This document shows positions 9,225 to 18,483 of a stretch of 24,741 nucleotides of DNA, piece by piece. The number at the start of each line of letters is the position of its first letter. Positions within the stretch are counted from its first letter, which is position 1. Made by a program: the position numbers and the translations under genes. Location: positions 1 through 24,741 of the IMG/VR virus record IMGVR_UViG_3300020042_003067. One strand, 5' to 3'. The stretch is from a virus (lineage: Duplodnaviria > Caudoviricetes). A model generated the notes under the pieces. The model was not told the origin of the DNA and searched no databases. It saw nothing but the letters and a program-made list of their open reading frames with translations.

Positions 9225-10691
9225 ATGGCAATAATTCCATCGTATTATGAAGGCTTATTATCAGAAGATGATATGTCATCTCTGCGTAACCAAGCACTTG
9301 CGTCTGGATTATTAAGCGCAGGCGCAGCATTTTCTAGAGCAGGCGCACCATCTTTAATGCCACAAGGAAGTGGATTTAGTGAGGCACTACAAGGCTTTCA
9401 AGGTGGCTATCAAGGTCAAATAGATTCTGCGTTACAGAACATGATTAAAGCTACTCAAGTTCAAGAGTTAGTGCGTAAGCAAAAACAAGCGCAACAATTA
9501 CAAGCACTTCTTGCTAGTGCATATACAGCACCAAAACAAACTGCCATACCATCAGAAGTAGGCCCTGCTGTAGTAGAAACTCCAGGCGGTTTTGATGTTG
9601 AAAAAATTGCTCCACAATTAGCAATGTCTGGAAATGCTGCAATGATAGAGTCGTTAAGAAATGCAATTAGTGGCCCAGCAGCAAAACTATCAGACCAACA
9701 ACAACAGTATTCACAAAGCAAATACGGGACAACTAATTTTGCTAGATTGCCAAAAGAAGCTCAATCAGATGTATTAGCGTTTGGTCAAATTGGTAAGCCT
9801 GGAGATGCTCTTAAAAATGTAATAGATGCAACTAAACTTGTTTATGAAACTGGTACTGGTGGAGATGTTTTATTACAAGCACAACAACAATATAAACTTG
9901 CTACTGGAAAAATGCCACCAACAAGTCAGCAAATTATGTCTTTAGGTGGTGCTGCTGAATCATTAAACAGACAAATAACAGAAAAAACTACAACTCCTGA
10001 TGCCCAAGGATTATCAGTAACAGATATACCAAAAACAGAAAGAAAAGGCGTACCACAAATTGCAAGCCCATCTTTACCTTTAAAAAATAGACAAGAACTA
10101 ATGATTGTTCAGCCACAAGAACAAGCAGCAACTACAAGTATTGCAATAAGTATGCGTGATATTAATGATACTGTAGATAGACTTCTTCAAAATCAAGCCG
10201 GAATAAAATCCGCAACTGGTTTTGGTGGAGAGCTTCAATCAAGAATTGGTGGTACTGCTGCCGCAAATGCTAAAGGAGATTTAGATAGAGTTAAATCTGC
10301 TATTTCTTTATCTGCAATTGCAAAAATGAGAGCAGAATCAAAAACTGGTGGAGCAGTAGGCAATATGACTGAAAAAGAATGGCCTCGTTTTGAGTCTATT
10401 TATGGCTCTTTAGACCAAGCGCAAACAGCAGATCAAGTTATTAAAAACTTGAGAGAATTAAAAGGTTTAACCACAGAAACACAAGAAAACATGATTAAAA
10501 AATATGATTCTATTTATGGTGGTGGGGAAGATATAAGAAAAACAATATCTACGCCAAGAAAAATAGATATAACTGGTATTCCAAGTGGCGCAATTCAAAA
10601 ACTACAAAGCAATCCTAGTCCACAAATGATAAGATTTTTTGATCAAAAATATGGTAATGGTGCTGCTGCTTCAGCATTACAAGGACAATAA
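9225..10691 (+). CDS. Putative DNA ejection protein (P22 gp20-like position)
   Basis: 488 aa, Q/A-rich helical; C-terminal S.TGGAVGNMTEKEW motif seen in podovirus ejection proteins. Confidence 0.55.
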   Translation: MAIIPSYYEGLLSEDDMSSLRNQALASGLLSAGAAFSRAGAPSLMPQGSGFSEALQGFQGGYQGQIDSALQNMIKATQVQELVRKQKQAQQLQALLASAYTAPKQTAIPSEVGPAVVETPGGFDVEKIAPQLAMSGNAAMIESLRNAISGPAAKLSDQQQQYSQSKYGTTNFARLPKEAQSDVLAFGQIGKPGDALKNVIDATKLVYETGTGGDVLLQAQQQYKLATGKMPPTSQQIMSLGGAAESLNRQITEKTTTPDAQGLSVTDIPKTERKGVPQIASPSLPLKNRQELMIVQPQEQAATTSIAISMRDINDTVDRLLQNQAGIKSATGFGGELQSRIGGTAAANAKGDLDRVKSAISLSAIAKMRAESKTGGAVGNMTEKEWPRFESIYGSLDQAQTADQVIKNLRELKGLTTETQENMIKKYDSIYGGGEDIRKTISTPRKIDITGIPSGAIQKLQSNPSPQMIRFFDQKYGNGAAASALQGQ

Positions 10692-10693
10692 TA

Positions 10694-12232
10694 ATGGCTA
10701 ATCCATTTGATGAATTTGACATAAAACAACAAGCAAATCCATTTGAGGAACAACCGATTACTGCTGGTCGTGTTGGAGAGTTATTAACTCGTGGAGCTGC
10801 GCCTGCTGTTACTGGTGCTTTGGCTGGTGGTGCTATAGCTGGTGCGCCTGGTGCTTTAGTTGGATCAATGGCACTACCAATTGGCGATGTTCTTAATACA
10901 CTTATTAATTTAGCCTCTAGTGGAGTAAAAGAAATTACTGGTGCTGATTTAGGCAGATTAGCTATGCCAAGTCAATTAGCATCAGAATATATGGCTAAAG
11001 CTGGTTATGCAGAGCCAACAAGCACTAAAGAGCGTGTAATAGAGGCTGGTGGTGCTGGCATAGGCGGTGCTGGAGCGCAATTGCCATCTTTAGCTAGACT
11101 AGCAAAAGAAGGCGCATCCGTTGTAACTAGAAATGTTGCAGAGCAAATGGGCAAAGCTCCTATTACGCAAGCTGTTATTGCTGCTCCACAGCAAATGACA
11201 GCACAAGCTGTTACTGAGGCTACAGGAAGTCCTTTAGCTGGATTAATTGCTGCTATGGGATTGGGCGCACCATTTGGTGTAAAAAGTCGGCAAGGAGAAG
11301 TTGCTCCTACTGCAAAAGAATTAAGAGCATCAGCCTCAGATGCCTACGCAAGATCCGCTAAAGCTGGTGCAGTAATTAAACCAGAAAGCCTACAAAATGC
11401 AGGCCAATCAATTGTTAAAAGCGTTTCTGATCGTATTGCTATTGATCCGCAAGAAGATACTGGAGCAATGGCAGTACAGCGTAGATTGCAACAAAGTTTT
11501 GAAACTCCACAAACATTAGAGCAATTAGATTTAACTCGTCAGTTTATTAGAGATGCACAAGGATCTGGTGGTAGAAGTGGAAAGTATGCAAAAGAAGCAT
11601 TAAAAGAATTTGATGCTTACATTAACAATCTTGGTGCAAACGATATTTTAAAAGGTGATTCTAAAACTGCTATTTCAGCACTTAAAGATGCTCGTGCTTT
11701 ATGGACAAGAAATAATAAAACCCAAGCACTTGAAGATATTTTGCAAAGCGCAGAACTAAGAGCAACTGCAAATTATTCACAATCAGGATTAGAAACTGCA
11801 TTGCGTAGAAAATTAGTAAATCTTGCAGATTCAGAAGATTTAAAGTTTTTTACTAAGACCGAACAAGATGCAATTATTGCTGCTGCAAAAGGTGGTAAAT
11901 TACAAAACTTTTTAAGATGGGCTGGTAAGTATGCAGGAACAAGCCCATTACAAACTGGTGTTGGTTCTGGTATGGGCGCTGGAGTTGGAGCTTTGCTAGG
12001 TGGCCCTGTTGGTGCTGCTATTGGTGGAGCAACTGTTCCTGCTGTTGGTGGCTTAGCTAGAGCTGGAGCAACACAACTTGGTATGGATCAAATTCGCCAA
12101 TTACAAGAAATGATGGCTTTAGGTAGGATGCCCGAGGTAATTAGAAGTAGATTTGGGGCAGTCCCAGCAACTACTACTCGTGGATTATTAACAAATCCAA
12201 TTCCTGCCGATCAAGAAGAACAACCCTTTTAA
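10694..12232 (+). CDS. Putative DNA ejection protein (P22 gp16-like position)
   Basis: 512 aa; N-terminal ANPFDEFD/ANPFEE repeat and glycine-zipper GA..GA..GGP.GA.IGG segments. Confidence 0.6.
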   Translation: MANPFDEFDIKQQANPFEEQPITAGRVGELLTRGAAPAVTGALAGGAIAGAPGALVGSMALPIGDVLNTLINLASSGVKEITGADLGRLAMPSQLASEYMAKAGYAEPTSTKERVIEAGGAGIGGAGAQLPSLARLAKEGASVVTRNVAEQMGKAPITQAVIAAPQQMTAQAVTEATGSPLAGLIAAMGLGAPFGVKSRQGEVAPTAKELRASASDAYARSAKAGAVIKPESLQNAGQSIVKSVSDRIAIDPQEDTGAMAVQRRLQQSFETPQTLEQLDLTRQFIRDAQGSGGRSGKYAKEALKEFDAYINNLGANDILKGDSKTAISALKDARALWTRNNKTQALEDILQSAELRATANYSQSGLETALRRKLVNLADSEDLKFFTKTEQDAIIAAAKGGKLQNFLRWAGKYAGTSPLQTGVGSGMGAGVGALLGGPVGAAIGGATVPAVGGLARAGATQLGMDQIRQLQEMMALGRMPEVIRSRFGAVPATTTRGLLTNPIPADQEEQPF

Positions 12233-12243
12233 CGAGATAAAAA

Positions 12244-13245
12244 ATGCCAAAAACAAAAATTTCAGAATTTGATAGCACACCAGCTAACAATACAGATATA
12301 GACAGTATAAATATTGCAGAAGGCTGCGCTCCATCTGGCATTAACAATGCTATTCGTGAGTTAATGAGCCAACTAAAAGACCAACAAACAGGTGCATCAG
12401 GCGATAACTTTACTGTAGGTGGAAACTTAGCCGTAACAGGATCTACTACATTTACTGGTGCTGTAGTGATGTCTACTGCTTTGCCTGTAGCATCTGGTGG
12501 TACAGGAGCATCTACTTCTGCTAACGCTAGAACAAATCTAAGTGCTGCTGGTAGTGGCGCTAACTCAGACATTACTTCTATAACTGGCTTAACTACTGCA
12601 TTAACTGTAGCGCAGGGCGGTACAGGCGCAGCCACACATACATCTAAAGGAGTATTGATTGGCAATGGTACTTCTGCAATAACTACAGTATCACCAGGTA
12701 CAAGCAATAATGTATTAACTTCAGATGGAACAAGTTGGACATCTGCTACTGGAGCTTATCCTTTAACTAGCGGTACTGCACAAGCATCTACAAGCGGAAC
12801 ATCTATTGACTTTACTAGCCTTCCATCTTGGGTAAAACGAATTACTGTAATGTTAACTGGCGTTTCTGTTAATGGCAATTCTATTCAACAAATACAACTT
12901 GGGGTAAGTGGAACACCCGAAACAACAGGCTATTCTGCAATGGTTTCTAATGTTCAAACTACAGTTAATACAACAAGAGGAGTTATAGCTACAACAGGAT
13001 TTATTTTGCAACACGCAGGGGCTAGTACTGCTTCTTTACAAGGAACAATTGTGCTTTCACTTTTAGGTTCAAATACTTGGACTTGTAATGGTTCTGTTTA
13101 TAGTATTGATGCTACAAATGGCGATGGTTTAAATACTGCTGCTGGTTCTAAAGCCCTTGCTGGAGTATTAAATATGATACGCATCACCACAGTAAACGGC
13201 ACAGACACCTTCGATGCTGGTTCAATTAACATTCTTTACGAGTAA
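12244..13245 (+). CDS. Tail fibre protein
   Basis: 333 aa; N-terminal anchor AEGCAPSGINNAIRELM; LPVASGGTGA, ARTNL and LTVAQGGTGA fibre repeats; C-terminal TSGTSIDFT.LPSWVKRIT domain. Confidence 0.75.
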   Translation: MPKTKISEFDSTPANNTDIDSINIAEGCAPSGINNAIRELMSQLKDQQTGASGDNFTVGGNLAVTGSTTFTGAVVMSTALPVASGGTGASTSANARTNLSAAGSGANSDITSITGLTTALTVAQGGTGAATHTSKGVLIGNGTSAITTVSPGTSNNVLTSDGTSWTSATGAYPLTSGTAQASTSGTSIDFTSLPSWVKRITVMLTGVSVNGNSIQQIQLGVSGTPETTGYSAMVSNVQTTVNTTRGVIATTGFILQHAGASTASLQGTIVLSLLGSNTWTCNGSVYSIDATNGDGLNTAAGSKALAGVLNMIRITTVNGTDTFDAGSINILYE

Positions 13246-13248
13246 TCT

Positions 13249-13458
13249 ATGTCTACAGAAATCGACCTCTTTAAGTATGGACAACTCGTAGCTCAAGTAG
13301 ATGCTATGGAAAAAAAGATAGACAAACTAGAGGTTGGCATGGAGGAATTATTAGCTCTTGCCAATAAAGGAAAAGGTGGGTTCTGGATGGGCATCGCTGT
13401 TGTATCAGCCTTTTCTACATTTATTGGTTTTATAAGCCACTACTTTACAAGCAAATAA
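13249..13458 (+). CDS. Small coiled-coil + C-terminal TM protein (holin/XhlA-like, lysis region)
   Basis: 69 aa; heptad region followed by GGFWMGIAVVSAFSTFIGFI. Confidence 0.55.
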   Translation: MSTEIDLFKYGQLVAQVDAMEKKIDKLEVGMEELLALANKGKGGFWMGIAVVSAFSTFIGFISHYFTSK

Positions 13459-13459
13459 T

Positions 13460-13906
13460 GTGTCAGATCCATTCGGAATTACCGATGGCGTTAAAGCTGT
13501 CACCAGCAGTATTAATGAGTCGGTAAAAGCAAGCAAAGAATTATCTAAAGCAATTGACGGTGTCTTAGAATTAGCAGATTCAGCAGCAAAAGAAAGAACT
13601 GAGTCAAGAAAAAAAGCTAGGCAAGTTAATCCTGATAGCGCAACCATTATTGAAGCAGTTGATGAGTGGCAAAGACTTTTAATAGCTAGGCAGTCAGAAA
13701 CAAAGATTCAAGAGCAGATTACTAAGAAATACGGTAGTCACGCCTGGGATGAAATACAAGGTATTAAGGCAAGAAAGTTGTGGGAAGAACGGCAAGATAA
13801 ATACTTGGAGCAGCACGACAGGCGAGTAATGAAAAGCGTTATGTTGCTCTGTTACATATTTGCGGCTTGGATTGCTTACGAGTGTACTTGGGGTATGTGG
13901 AAGTGA
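13460..13906 (+). CDS. Hypothetical membrane-anchored protein, lysis region
   Basis: 148 aa; charged helical body with C-terminal hydrophobic segment VMLLCYIFAAWIAY. Confidence 0.6.
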   Translation: MSDPFGITDGVKAVTSSINESVKASKELSKAIDGVLELADSAAKERTESRKKARQVNPDSATIIEAVDEWQRLLIARQSETKIQEQITKKYGSHAWDEIQGIKARKLWEERQDKYLEQHDRRVMKSVMLLCYIFAAWIAYECTWGMWK

Positions 13907-13989
13907 AAAATGATTTTGATATGTTTATGTGGGCTTGGGTTGTTGCTACAGCCGCTTTAGCTTTCGGTATTTATTTATTTAAAGGTTAA
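13903..13989 (+). CDS. Possible 28-aa single-TM peptide
   Basis: GTGA overlap with the upstream stop; MKNDFDMFMWAWVVATAALAFGIYLFKG*; fills the gap up to the next ATG at 13991. Confidence 0.45.
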   Translation: MKNDFDMFMWAWVVATAALAFGIYLFKG

Positions 13990-13990
13990 T

Positions 13991-14476
13991 ATGTTTACTT
14001 TGCTTACAACTCTCGTATCGTTTTTGGCTGGTGGCCTGCCAAAGCTAATGGACTATTTTCAAGATAAGTCTGATAAGGCGCATGAACTACAGTTAGCACA
14101 AATGCAAACTGAGCGTGAGTTAAAAATGCTCAAAGAGGGCTATGTAGCCCAAGCCAGAGTAGAAGAAATCCGCACAGAGCAGATCAGCATACAAAGCGCA
14201 GAAAAGGAGCGTGAGGCTCTTTATGCACACGACATCGCTATCGGTCAGGGCGCAGCGCAATGGGTGATTAATGCTAGAGCATTTACTCGCTCATTTATTA
14301 CTTATGGCTTATTCTTTCTATTTGCTTTTGTAGAGATATTTGGCTTTTACTATGCCGTTAAAACTGGCGTAGATTTCAGCGTTGCTCTTGATGTGTTGTG
14401 GGATGGCGAAACACAAATTATCTGGGCAAGTGTTGTTTCTTTCTGGTTCGGAACTCAGGCCTTTAAATCAAAATGA
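13991..14476 (+). CDS. Putative holin (3-TM GTA-holin-like)
   Basis: 161 aa; N-terminal hydrophobic helix, W...RA..R..ITY TM segment, terminal SFWFG; ATGA overlap with the lysozyme. Confidence 0.65.
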   Translation: MFTLLTTLVSFLAGGLPKLMDYFQDKSDKAHELQLAQMQTERELKMLKEGYVAQARVEEIRTEQISIQSAEKEREALYAHDIAIGQGAAQWVINARAFTRSFITYGLFFLFAFVEIFGFYYAVKTGVDFSVALDVLWDGETQIIWASVVSFWFGTQAFKSK

Positions 14477-14949
14477 GTTTAGAGCAGCGTGTCATTGACA
14501 TGATTAAACACCATGAGGGCGTAAGAGTTAAGCCCTATCAATGTCCTGCATTAATCTGGACTGTTGGCGTAGGTCATGTAATAGACCAATCACACATTAG
14601 AGTGCCTTTGGCAGAGCGTAAGGCTTTACCTATCCCTGCTGGATGGGACAGAACGCTATCAATGGGAGAAGTTGATGAGATACTTGCTAAAGACTTGGGC
14701 AGTTTTGAAGCTGGGGTACGAAGATTATGTCCTAATGGTCTTACTCCTGGTCGCTTTGGCGCACTTACCAGCTTTGCCTTCAATGTTGGACTCGGTAATC
14801 TCCAAAATTCTACCCTTCGCATGAAACACAATCGAGGCGAGTATGAGTCTGCTGCCGAGGAATTTCTAAAGTGGAACAAAGCCGGTGGCAAGGAATTAAA
14901 AGGACTAACTACCAGGCGAAAAGATGAAAGAGCTTTGTATTTATCTTAA
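14473..14949 (+). CDS. Endolysin, GH24 phage lysozyme
   Basis: HEG.R.KPY.C.A.IWT.G.GH catalytic region; AL.SFAFNVG.G; F.KWNKAGGK.L.GL..RR..E. Confidence 0.95.
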   Translation: MSLEQRVIDMIKHHEGVRVKPYQCPALIWTVGVGHVIDQSHIRVPLAERKALPIPAGWDRTLSMGEVDEILAKDLGSFEAGVRRLCPNGLTPGRFGALTSFAFNVGLGNLQNSTLRMKHNRGEYESAAEEFLKWNKAGGKELKGLTTRRKDERALYLS

Positions 14950-15380
14950 AATGGGTCGGTAAGATTTACATATTTAAAATGCTTGACTGGGACATCAAAA
15001 AACAACTCGTCAGCAGGAACTTCTATATTCTTGACCTCTATCAATGGACTGCCTTCAATCACCAGAGCTTTCGCCCAATACGCATGGATTAAGTCGTGAG
15101 TTAGTGCAAAAAATAGCACAGGGCGATCTTGCTGAAATAGCTTCTCTTTGCGTAATCCAACATGAATGGTGGGATAGTGGCAGTAGTCCCAACTCCGAAC
15201 TTCTACTTCAATATAACCAACTAACTTATCTGCTCTATATACGAGCAAATCTACTCCAAACACATTAGGGTTTTCCCTGCACTCCAAACCCCATTTCATC
15301 TTCACCCATTTCGTTACCGCATCCCTCGCTGGGGGATCGTATTGATCGTGAAGTGCTTGGTTAAATTGTTTAGTGGTCAT
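14946..15380 (-). CDS. Hypothetical protein, possible PD-(D/E)XK nuclease fold
   Basis: ATG at 15380 (MTTKQFNQ); VDLL...YIEVEVR pattern; its stop shares TTAA with the lysozyme stop. Confidence 0.55.
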   Translation of the reverse strand: MTTKQFNQALHDQYDPPARDAVTKWVKMKWGLECRENPNVFGVDLLVYRADKLVGYIEVEVRSWDYCHYPTIHVGLRKEKLFQQDRPVLFFALTHDLIHAYWAKALVIEGSPLIEVKNIEVPADELFFDVPVKHFKYVNLTDPF

Positions 15381-15449
15381 GGGCGCTAGTTTGATAGGTA
15401 GTGAACTAGCCAAAAACTTGTGAAGGATGCAGCCTATCTCTTGTGGGGT

Positions 15450-15602
15450 TTATGGGGCTAAAGCAGCTTCTTTCTGGGCCTTTAGCATTGGCGCTGATTT
15501 ACGGATTGTTTCTAGCTCCGTTTCAAACGCCTTCTCTATCTGCTCAATCGTAAAGCCCTGCCTTAGAAACTTTAATACCAAATCGGTGACTTGTTGTTGC
15601 AT
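15450..15602 (-). CDS. Hypothetical 50-aa protein
   Basis: Manual translation MQQQVTDLVLKFLRQGFTIEQIEKAFETELETIRKSAPMLKAQKEAALAP*; strong AGGAG RBS. Confidence 0.7.
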   Translation of the reverse strand: MQQQVTDLVLKFLRQGFTIEQIEKAFETELETIRKSAPMLKAQKEAALAP

Positions 15603-15610
15603 CTCAACTC

Positions 15611-15865
15611 CTAAAAAGGGATGTCGTCGTCAATTGTAGGTTTAGGCATTTCGTCATCGCCCTTGGCCTTAAAGTTGCTACGCTCTTTCTCCTTGCCAAT
15701 TGCAATGCTAAAGAACTTACCGTTCTTGCCTTCCTTGATCCAGCCGCTTAACCAATGCTCTTTGCCATTGACCATGATTGTTCCAGCGTAATCAGGATGG
15801 GTCGGTTTCTCTTTGCGGTCATTCTTAAATAGTGATCCGCTACCTTCTTTTAGTTCATAAGCCAT
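15611..15865 (-). CDS. Small single-stranded DNA-binding-like protein
   Basis: 84 aa; LFKN..K....PDY.G...V.G....SGW pattern and acidic SSB-type tail DDDIPF; adjacent to YqaJ. Confidence 0.7.
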   Translation of the reverse strand: MAYELKEGSGSLFKNDRKEKPTHPDYAGTIMVNGKEHWLSGWIKEGKNGKFFSIAIGKEKERSNFKAKGDDEMPKPTIDDDIPF

Positions 15866-16478
15866 TATTTATTTCCTTTAATTTAGAATACATCTCACTC
15901 ACTTCACCGAGGAATTTTTCTACTTCTGCTTCCATCGCCTTAATGTATTCCTCATCTCTCTCAAGGCGCACTACAAACAACTGTAAATCTTCTGGCAGGC
16001 GTGGATCATAACTTACAAAATCACACCACTCTCGGTCTGTTACTGCCATTTGGCATTGCATCTGCGGCACATACTTTGCAGGCGGTTTGCCACCCAATAA
16101 ATACTTAATATGCGTTTTACTAGCTGGGCATTTAATCTCTACTAAACCAGTTTCGCCAACCAGTCCGTCTGGGCTACATCCAAACCACTCGATTGTAGGA
16201 TGATCTACAAAAGCGACCTGTTCTACAAATACATTGGCCTGCGCCTCATAAGCGATTCTAGCCATTGGTTCGGTCTGCGTACCCCATTCCATTGCAGCAT
16301 TGGTAAACGACTCTCCTGGCTCGTTTGTGAGCCTTTGGACTACCAATTCTGTGCGGTAATCTTCTCTAGTGGCAGCCTCGCCCGACTTTCCCTTAGCCAT
16401 GACATCAGTAATACGACTAGCGGTAACTTTGCCTAGCCTAATTGCCAACCATTCTGGTGATCCCTGTTCAATAGTCAT
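15855..16478 (-). CDS. YqaJ-like (lambda Exo family) exonuclease
   Basis: QGS.EWL..R.G..TAS, AM.WG...[18 protein letters not shown] and CDFVSYDPR motifs. Confidence 0.95.
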   Translation of the reverse strand: MTIEQGSPEWLAIRLGKVTASRITDVMAKGKSGEAATREDYRTELVVQRLTNEPGESFTNAAMEWGTQTEPMARIAYEAQANVFVEQVAFVDHPTIEWFGCSPDGLVGETGLVEIKCPASKTHIKYLLGGKPPAKYVPQMQCQMAVTDREWCDFVSYDPRLPEDLQLFVVRLERDEEYIKAMEAEVEKFLGEVSEMYSKLKEINNGL

Positions 16479-16639
16479 ACATCAGCCTTTTCCATTGCAA
16501 TTACCTTTAGCTGGTTAGCCAGCACAGAAACCTCCAAAGCGGCCTTAGCTGCCTCTACATGGTTCTCTTTTAGTTCATGGTTATAAAAACTTTTAAGCAT
16601 CTTCATTGCTTCTAAATACACTTCTGAATAATCTCTCAT
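16475..16639 (-). CDS. Hypothetical 54-aa protein
   Basis: Manual translation [54 protein letters not shown]; ATGA overlaps at both ends. Confidence 0.7.
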   Translation of the reverse strand: MRDYSEVYLEAMKMLKSFYNHELKENHVEAAKAALEVSVLANQLKVIAMEKADV

Positions 16640-16848
16640 TCTTTATCTTCCATTGATTCGTTGTTTGGCTGGGTTATAAATGGTACATCAGAAAGCTCAT
16701 CCATTTCCCATTTTTTAGCAAACTCAGCAGACATGGCATCTATCGCAGCGTTCCAGCCTAGCGCAAAGTATTCCTGCGGATGGTATGGAATCTTCTCCAG
16801 GTTATTGAAAGCCTCTAGGCAATGTTTGTTTATCATTTTTTCTTCCAT
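16636..16848 (-). CDS. Hypothetical protein
   Basis: 70 aa ORF tightly packed in the operon; F..GWNAA motif common in small phage proteins. Confidence 0.6.
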   Translation of the reverse strand: MEEKMINKHCLEAFNNLEKIPYHPQEYFALGWNAAIDAMSAEFAKKWEMDELSDVPFITQPNNESMEDKE

Positions 16849-17036
16849 TTATAAATAACGCTACTGGTCTTTACCTCTGGAACAATGTCCTCGATAGACT
16901 GGTTGCAAATCGCACGAAAGTCAGCCCACTTCTTTTTGTAGAACTCCTGCTCACTAGCCGGAATATAATTGTAAAGTTTTGCCCAGCGAATAGTAATGTC
17001 TGTTCCAGCCTTGGTATAAACATAATTATTTTGCAC
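16833..17036 (-). CDS. Hypothetical protein
   Basis: 67 aa, GTG start with AAGGGG upstream; fits operon packing. Confidence 0.55.
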   Translation of the reverse strand: MQNNYVYTKAGTDITIRWAKLYNYIPASEQEFYKKKWADFRAICNQSIEDIVPEVKTSSVIYKWKKK

Positions 17037-17181
17037 TTTTTTTCCCCTTATATTTTTGTTCTGCTGATCTTTTTAAACATACACCACATCTCCATCTTGT
17101 AACTGGCCCAGTCTTTACCAGCTTAAAATCACTAGCTGGTCTTTCCACTTGGCAACTAGCACAGAATTTCCTTTCCACCAT
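17026..17181 (-). CDS. Small zinc-ribbon protein (51 aa)
   Basis: Manual translation MVERKFCASCQVERPASDFKLVKTGPVTRWRCGVCLKRSAEQKYKGKKSAK*; two CxxC pairs. Confidence 0.65.
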   Translation of the reverse strand: MVERKFCASCQVERPASDFKLVKTGPVTRWRCGVCLKRSAEQKYKGKKSAK

Positions 17182-17356
17182 CCCAACCTTCCTTTAAATA
17201 TCCATATTCTGAGGCATCGCATACTGCTCTCAAATCGGAACACACATCGCACCTGTCCACCCATATCCGGTACTGGTGGTCTTTTGGTCTGTGTGTCCCC
17301 CATTTTGTTCCGCACTCTGAACATACATTATCTGGCTGTTGTTGTGCTAGTTTCAT
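17156..17356 (-). CDS. Small zinc-binding protein
   Basis: 66 aa; CSECG and CDVC pairs. Confidence 0.6.
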   Translation of the reverse strand: MKLAQQQPDNVCSECGTKWGTHRPKDHQYRIWVDRCDVCSDLRAVCDASEYGYLKEGWDGGKEILC

Positions 17357-17900
17357 TTAGCATCACCTTCATCTGCTCGTAAGCTGCAACTAATTTTCCC
17401 TGCTCGGCCTTATTTTTGTTGAATTTAGGGTAAGATAGAGCATAGGCGGTTCGGAGTTCGGCAGGGCTTTCTGCTGCCTGTAAATTGCCAATGTAGTAAT
17501 CTACCGGAAACTCAGGCTTTGTAGTTAGTGGCTCAGACGAATCCAGCGCATCGTGTTCTACAATTTCCATTGCCGTAACCCATAAATACCTGCGCTGATA
17601 GGTTTCTACAGCTCCGATGTTCTGAACTTCATGGCAGCCCTTCAAAGCCGCAGATCCCATTGGGCTAGTGATAACAATTTGACTGTTATCTTCTGTATCC
17701 ACAATAGTCAGACTGGCTATCTCTGTGCCGTAAGACACAATGCCGCAAAGACCTAGATCGGCAAAGATGTTCTGTACGGTAGGCAAAAAATCGCCCAATT
17801 CAAAATAACGATACCCAGCAAACTTGTTATGGCCTGACTTGGTAAGTTCTGTGTTTTGCAGCTTAATTCGTGCCTGGTTTAGTTTAGTAAATACTGACAT
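17328..17900 (-). CDS. ERF-superfamily single-strand annealing protein
   Basis: K.G.NKF..Y.Y..L.D and Q.IGA..TY.RRY....M.I...D motifs; ATG at 17900 with AAGGGG RBS. Confidence 0.85.
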   Translation of the reverse strand: MSVFTKLNQARIKLQNTELTKSGHNKFAGYRYFELGDFLPTVQNIFADLGLCGIVSYGTEIASLTIVDTEDNSQIVITSPMGSAALKGCHEVQNIGAVETYQRRYLWVTAMEIVEHDALDSSEPLTTKPEFPVDYYIGNLQAAESPAELRTAYALSYPKFNKNKAEQGKLVAAYEQMKVMLNETSTTTAR

Positions 17901-17911
17901 GGTTTTCCCCT

Positions 17912-18190
17912 TCACTTGGTTAAAAAATATTCTGCATGACTTTCTTGATACTCAAACGACAGGTAGTATAACTTCCTGCCTAACTTCTCCCAGTCTTTCT
18001 TTTCAATGCAATCACGCAAGAAAGCCTGTATCTCAGCATCATTACACTTTTGCTGGATAGCCTCGCCCCATTTAAACATATCGGATGGATCGTACTCTGG
18101 ATCGTTTTTAACGGTATCGTAGACACGCTCTTGCAGATCCAAGCTGTAATCGTCATCTGCTGGCTCGTAATAGTTGTCGTTGTTATACAT
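17912..18190 (-). CDS. Hypothetical acidic protein
   Basis: ATG at 18190 (MYNNDNYYEP) with GGAG RBS. Confidence 0.65.
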   Translation of the reverse strand: MYNNDNYYEPADDDYSLDLQERVYDTVKNDPEYDPSDMFKWGEAIQQKCNDAEIQAFLRDCIEKKDWEKLGRKLYYLSFEYQESHAEYFLTK

Positions 18191-18192
18191 AA

Positions 18193-18372
18193 TTATCTTC
18201 TCCAAGAATTGTTAAAGTTGTTGTAGAACAGAAACGCTGGGGGGTTCTGCATAGGACAATCGTTAGTCTTATAGCATGGCGTTTGGTCTACTACATCAGT
18301 CTTATAGCGCTTGATTGGGATGGGCGCACAGCCCACCAAAGAGATTGCTAGGATAAATGCCAAGGCTTTCAT
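18193..18372 (-). CDS. Small lipoprotein (59 aa)
   Basis: Manual translation MKALAFILAISLVGC-APIPIKRYKTDVVDQTPCYKTNDCPMQNPPAFLFYNNFNNSWRR*; basic N-terminus, hydrophobic core and LVGC lipobox. Confidence 0.75.
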   Translation of the reverse strand: MKALAFILAISLVGCAPIPIKRYKTDVVDQTPCYKTNDCPMQNPPAFLFYNNFNNSWRR

Positions 18373-18464
18373 AGTGTGTAAACGCCAATCCGAAAGCCAT
18401 AAGTGCCAAGAACTACCACTACAATAATAAATCCTAACAAGCCACCTAAAATAATATCTTTCAT
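18369..18464 (-). CDS. 31-aa single-TM peptide
   Basis: MKDIILGGLLGFIIVVVVLGTYGFRIGVYTL*; AAGGAG RBS; ATGA overlap with the lipoprotein. Confidence 0.7.
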   Translation of the reverse strand: MKDIILGGLLGFIIVVVVLGTYGFRIGVYTL

Positions 18465-18483
18465 ATCTACTCCTTCACGAGTT

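Noticed and set aside
1576-14891. Antisense and alternate-frame ORFs within structural genes (e.g. 4364-4828, 12174-12707, 14574-14891)
   Set aside because: Shadows of codon bias in Gly/Thr/Ala-rich genes, with no motifs or RBS.
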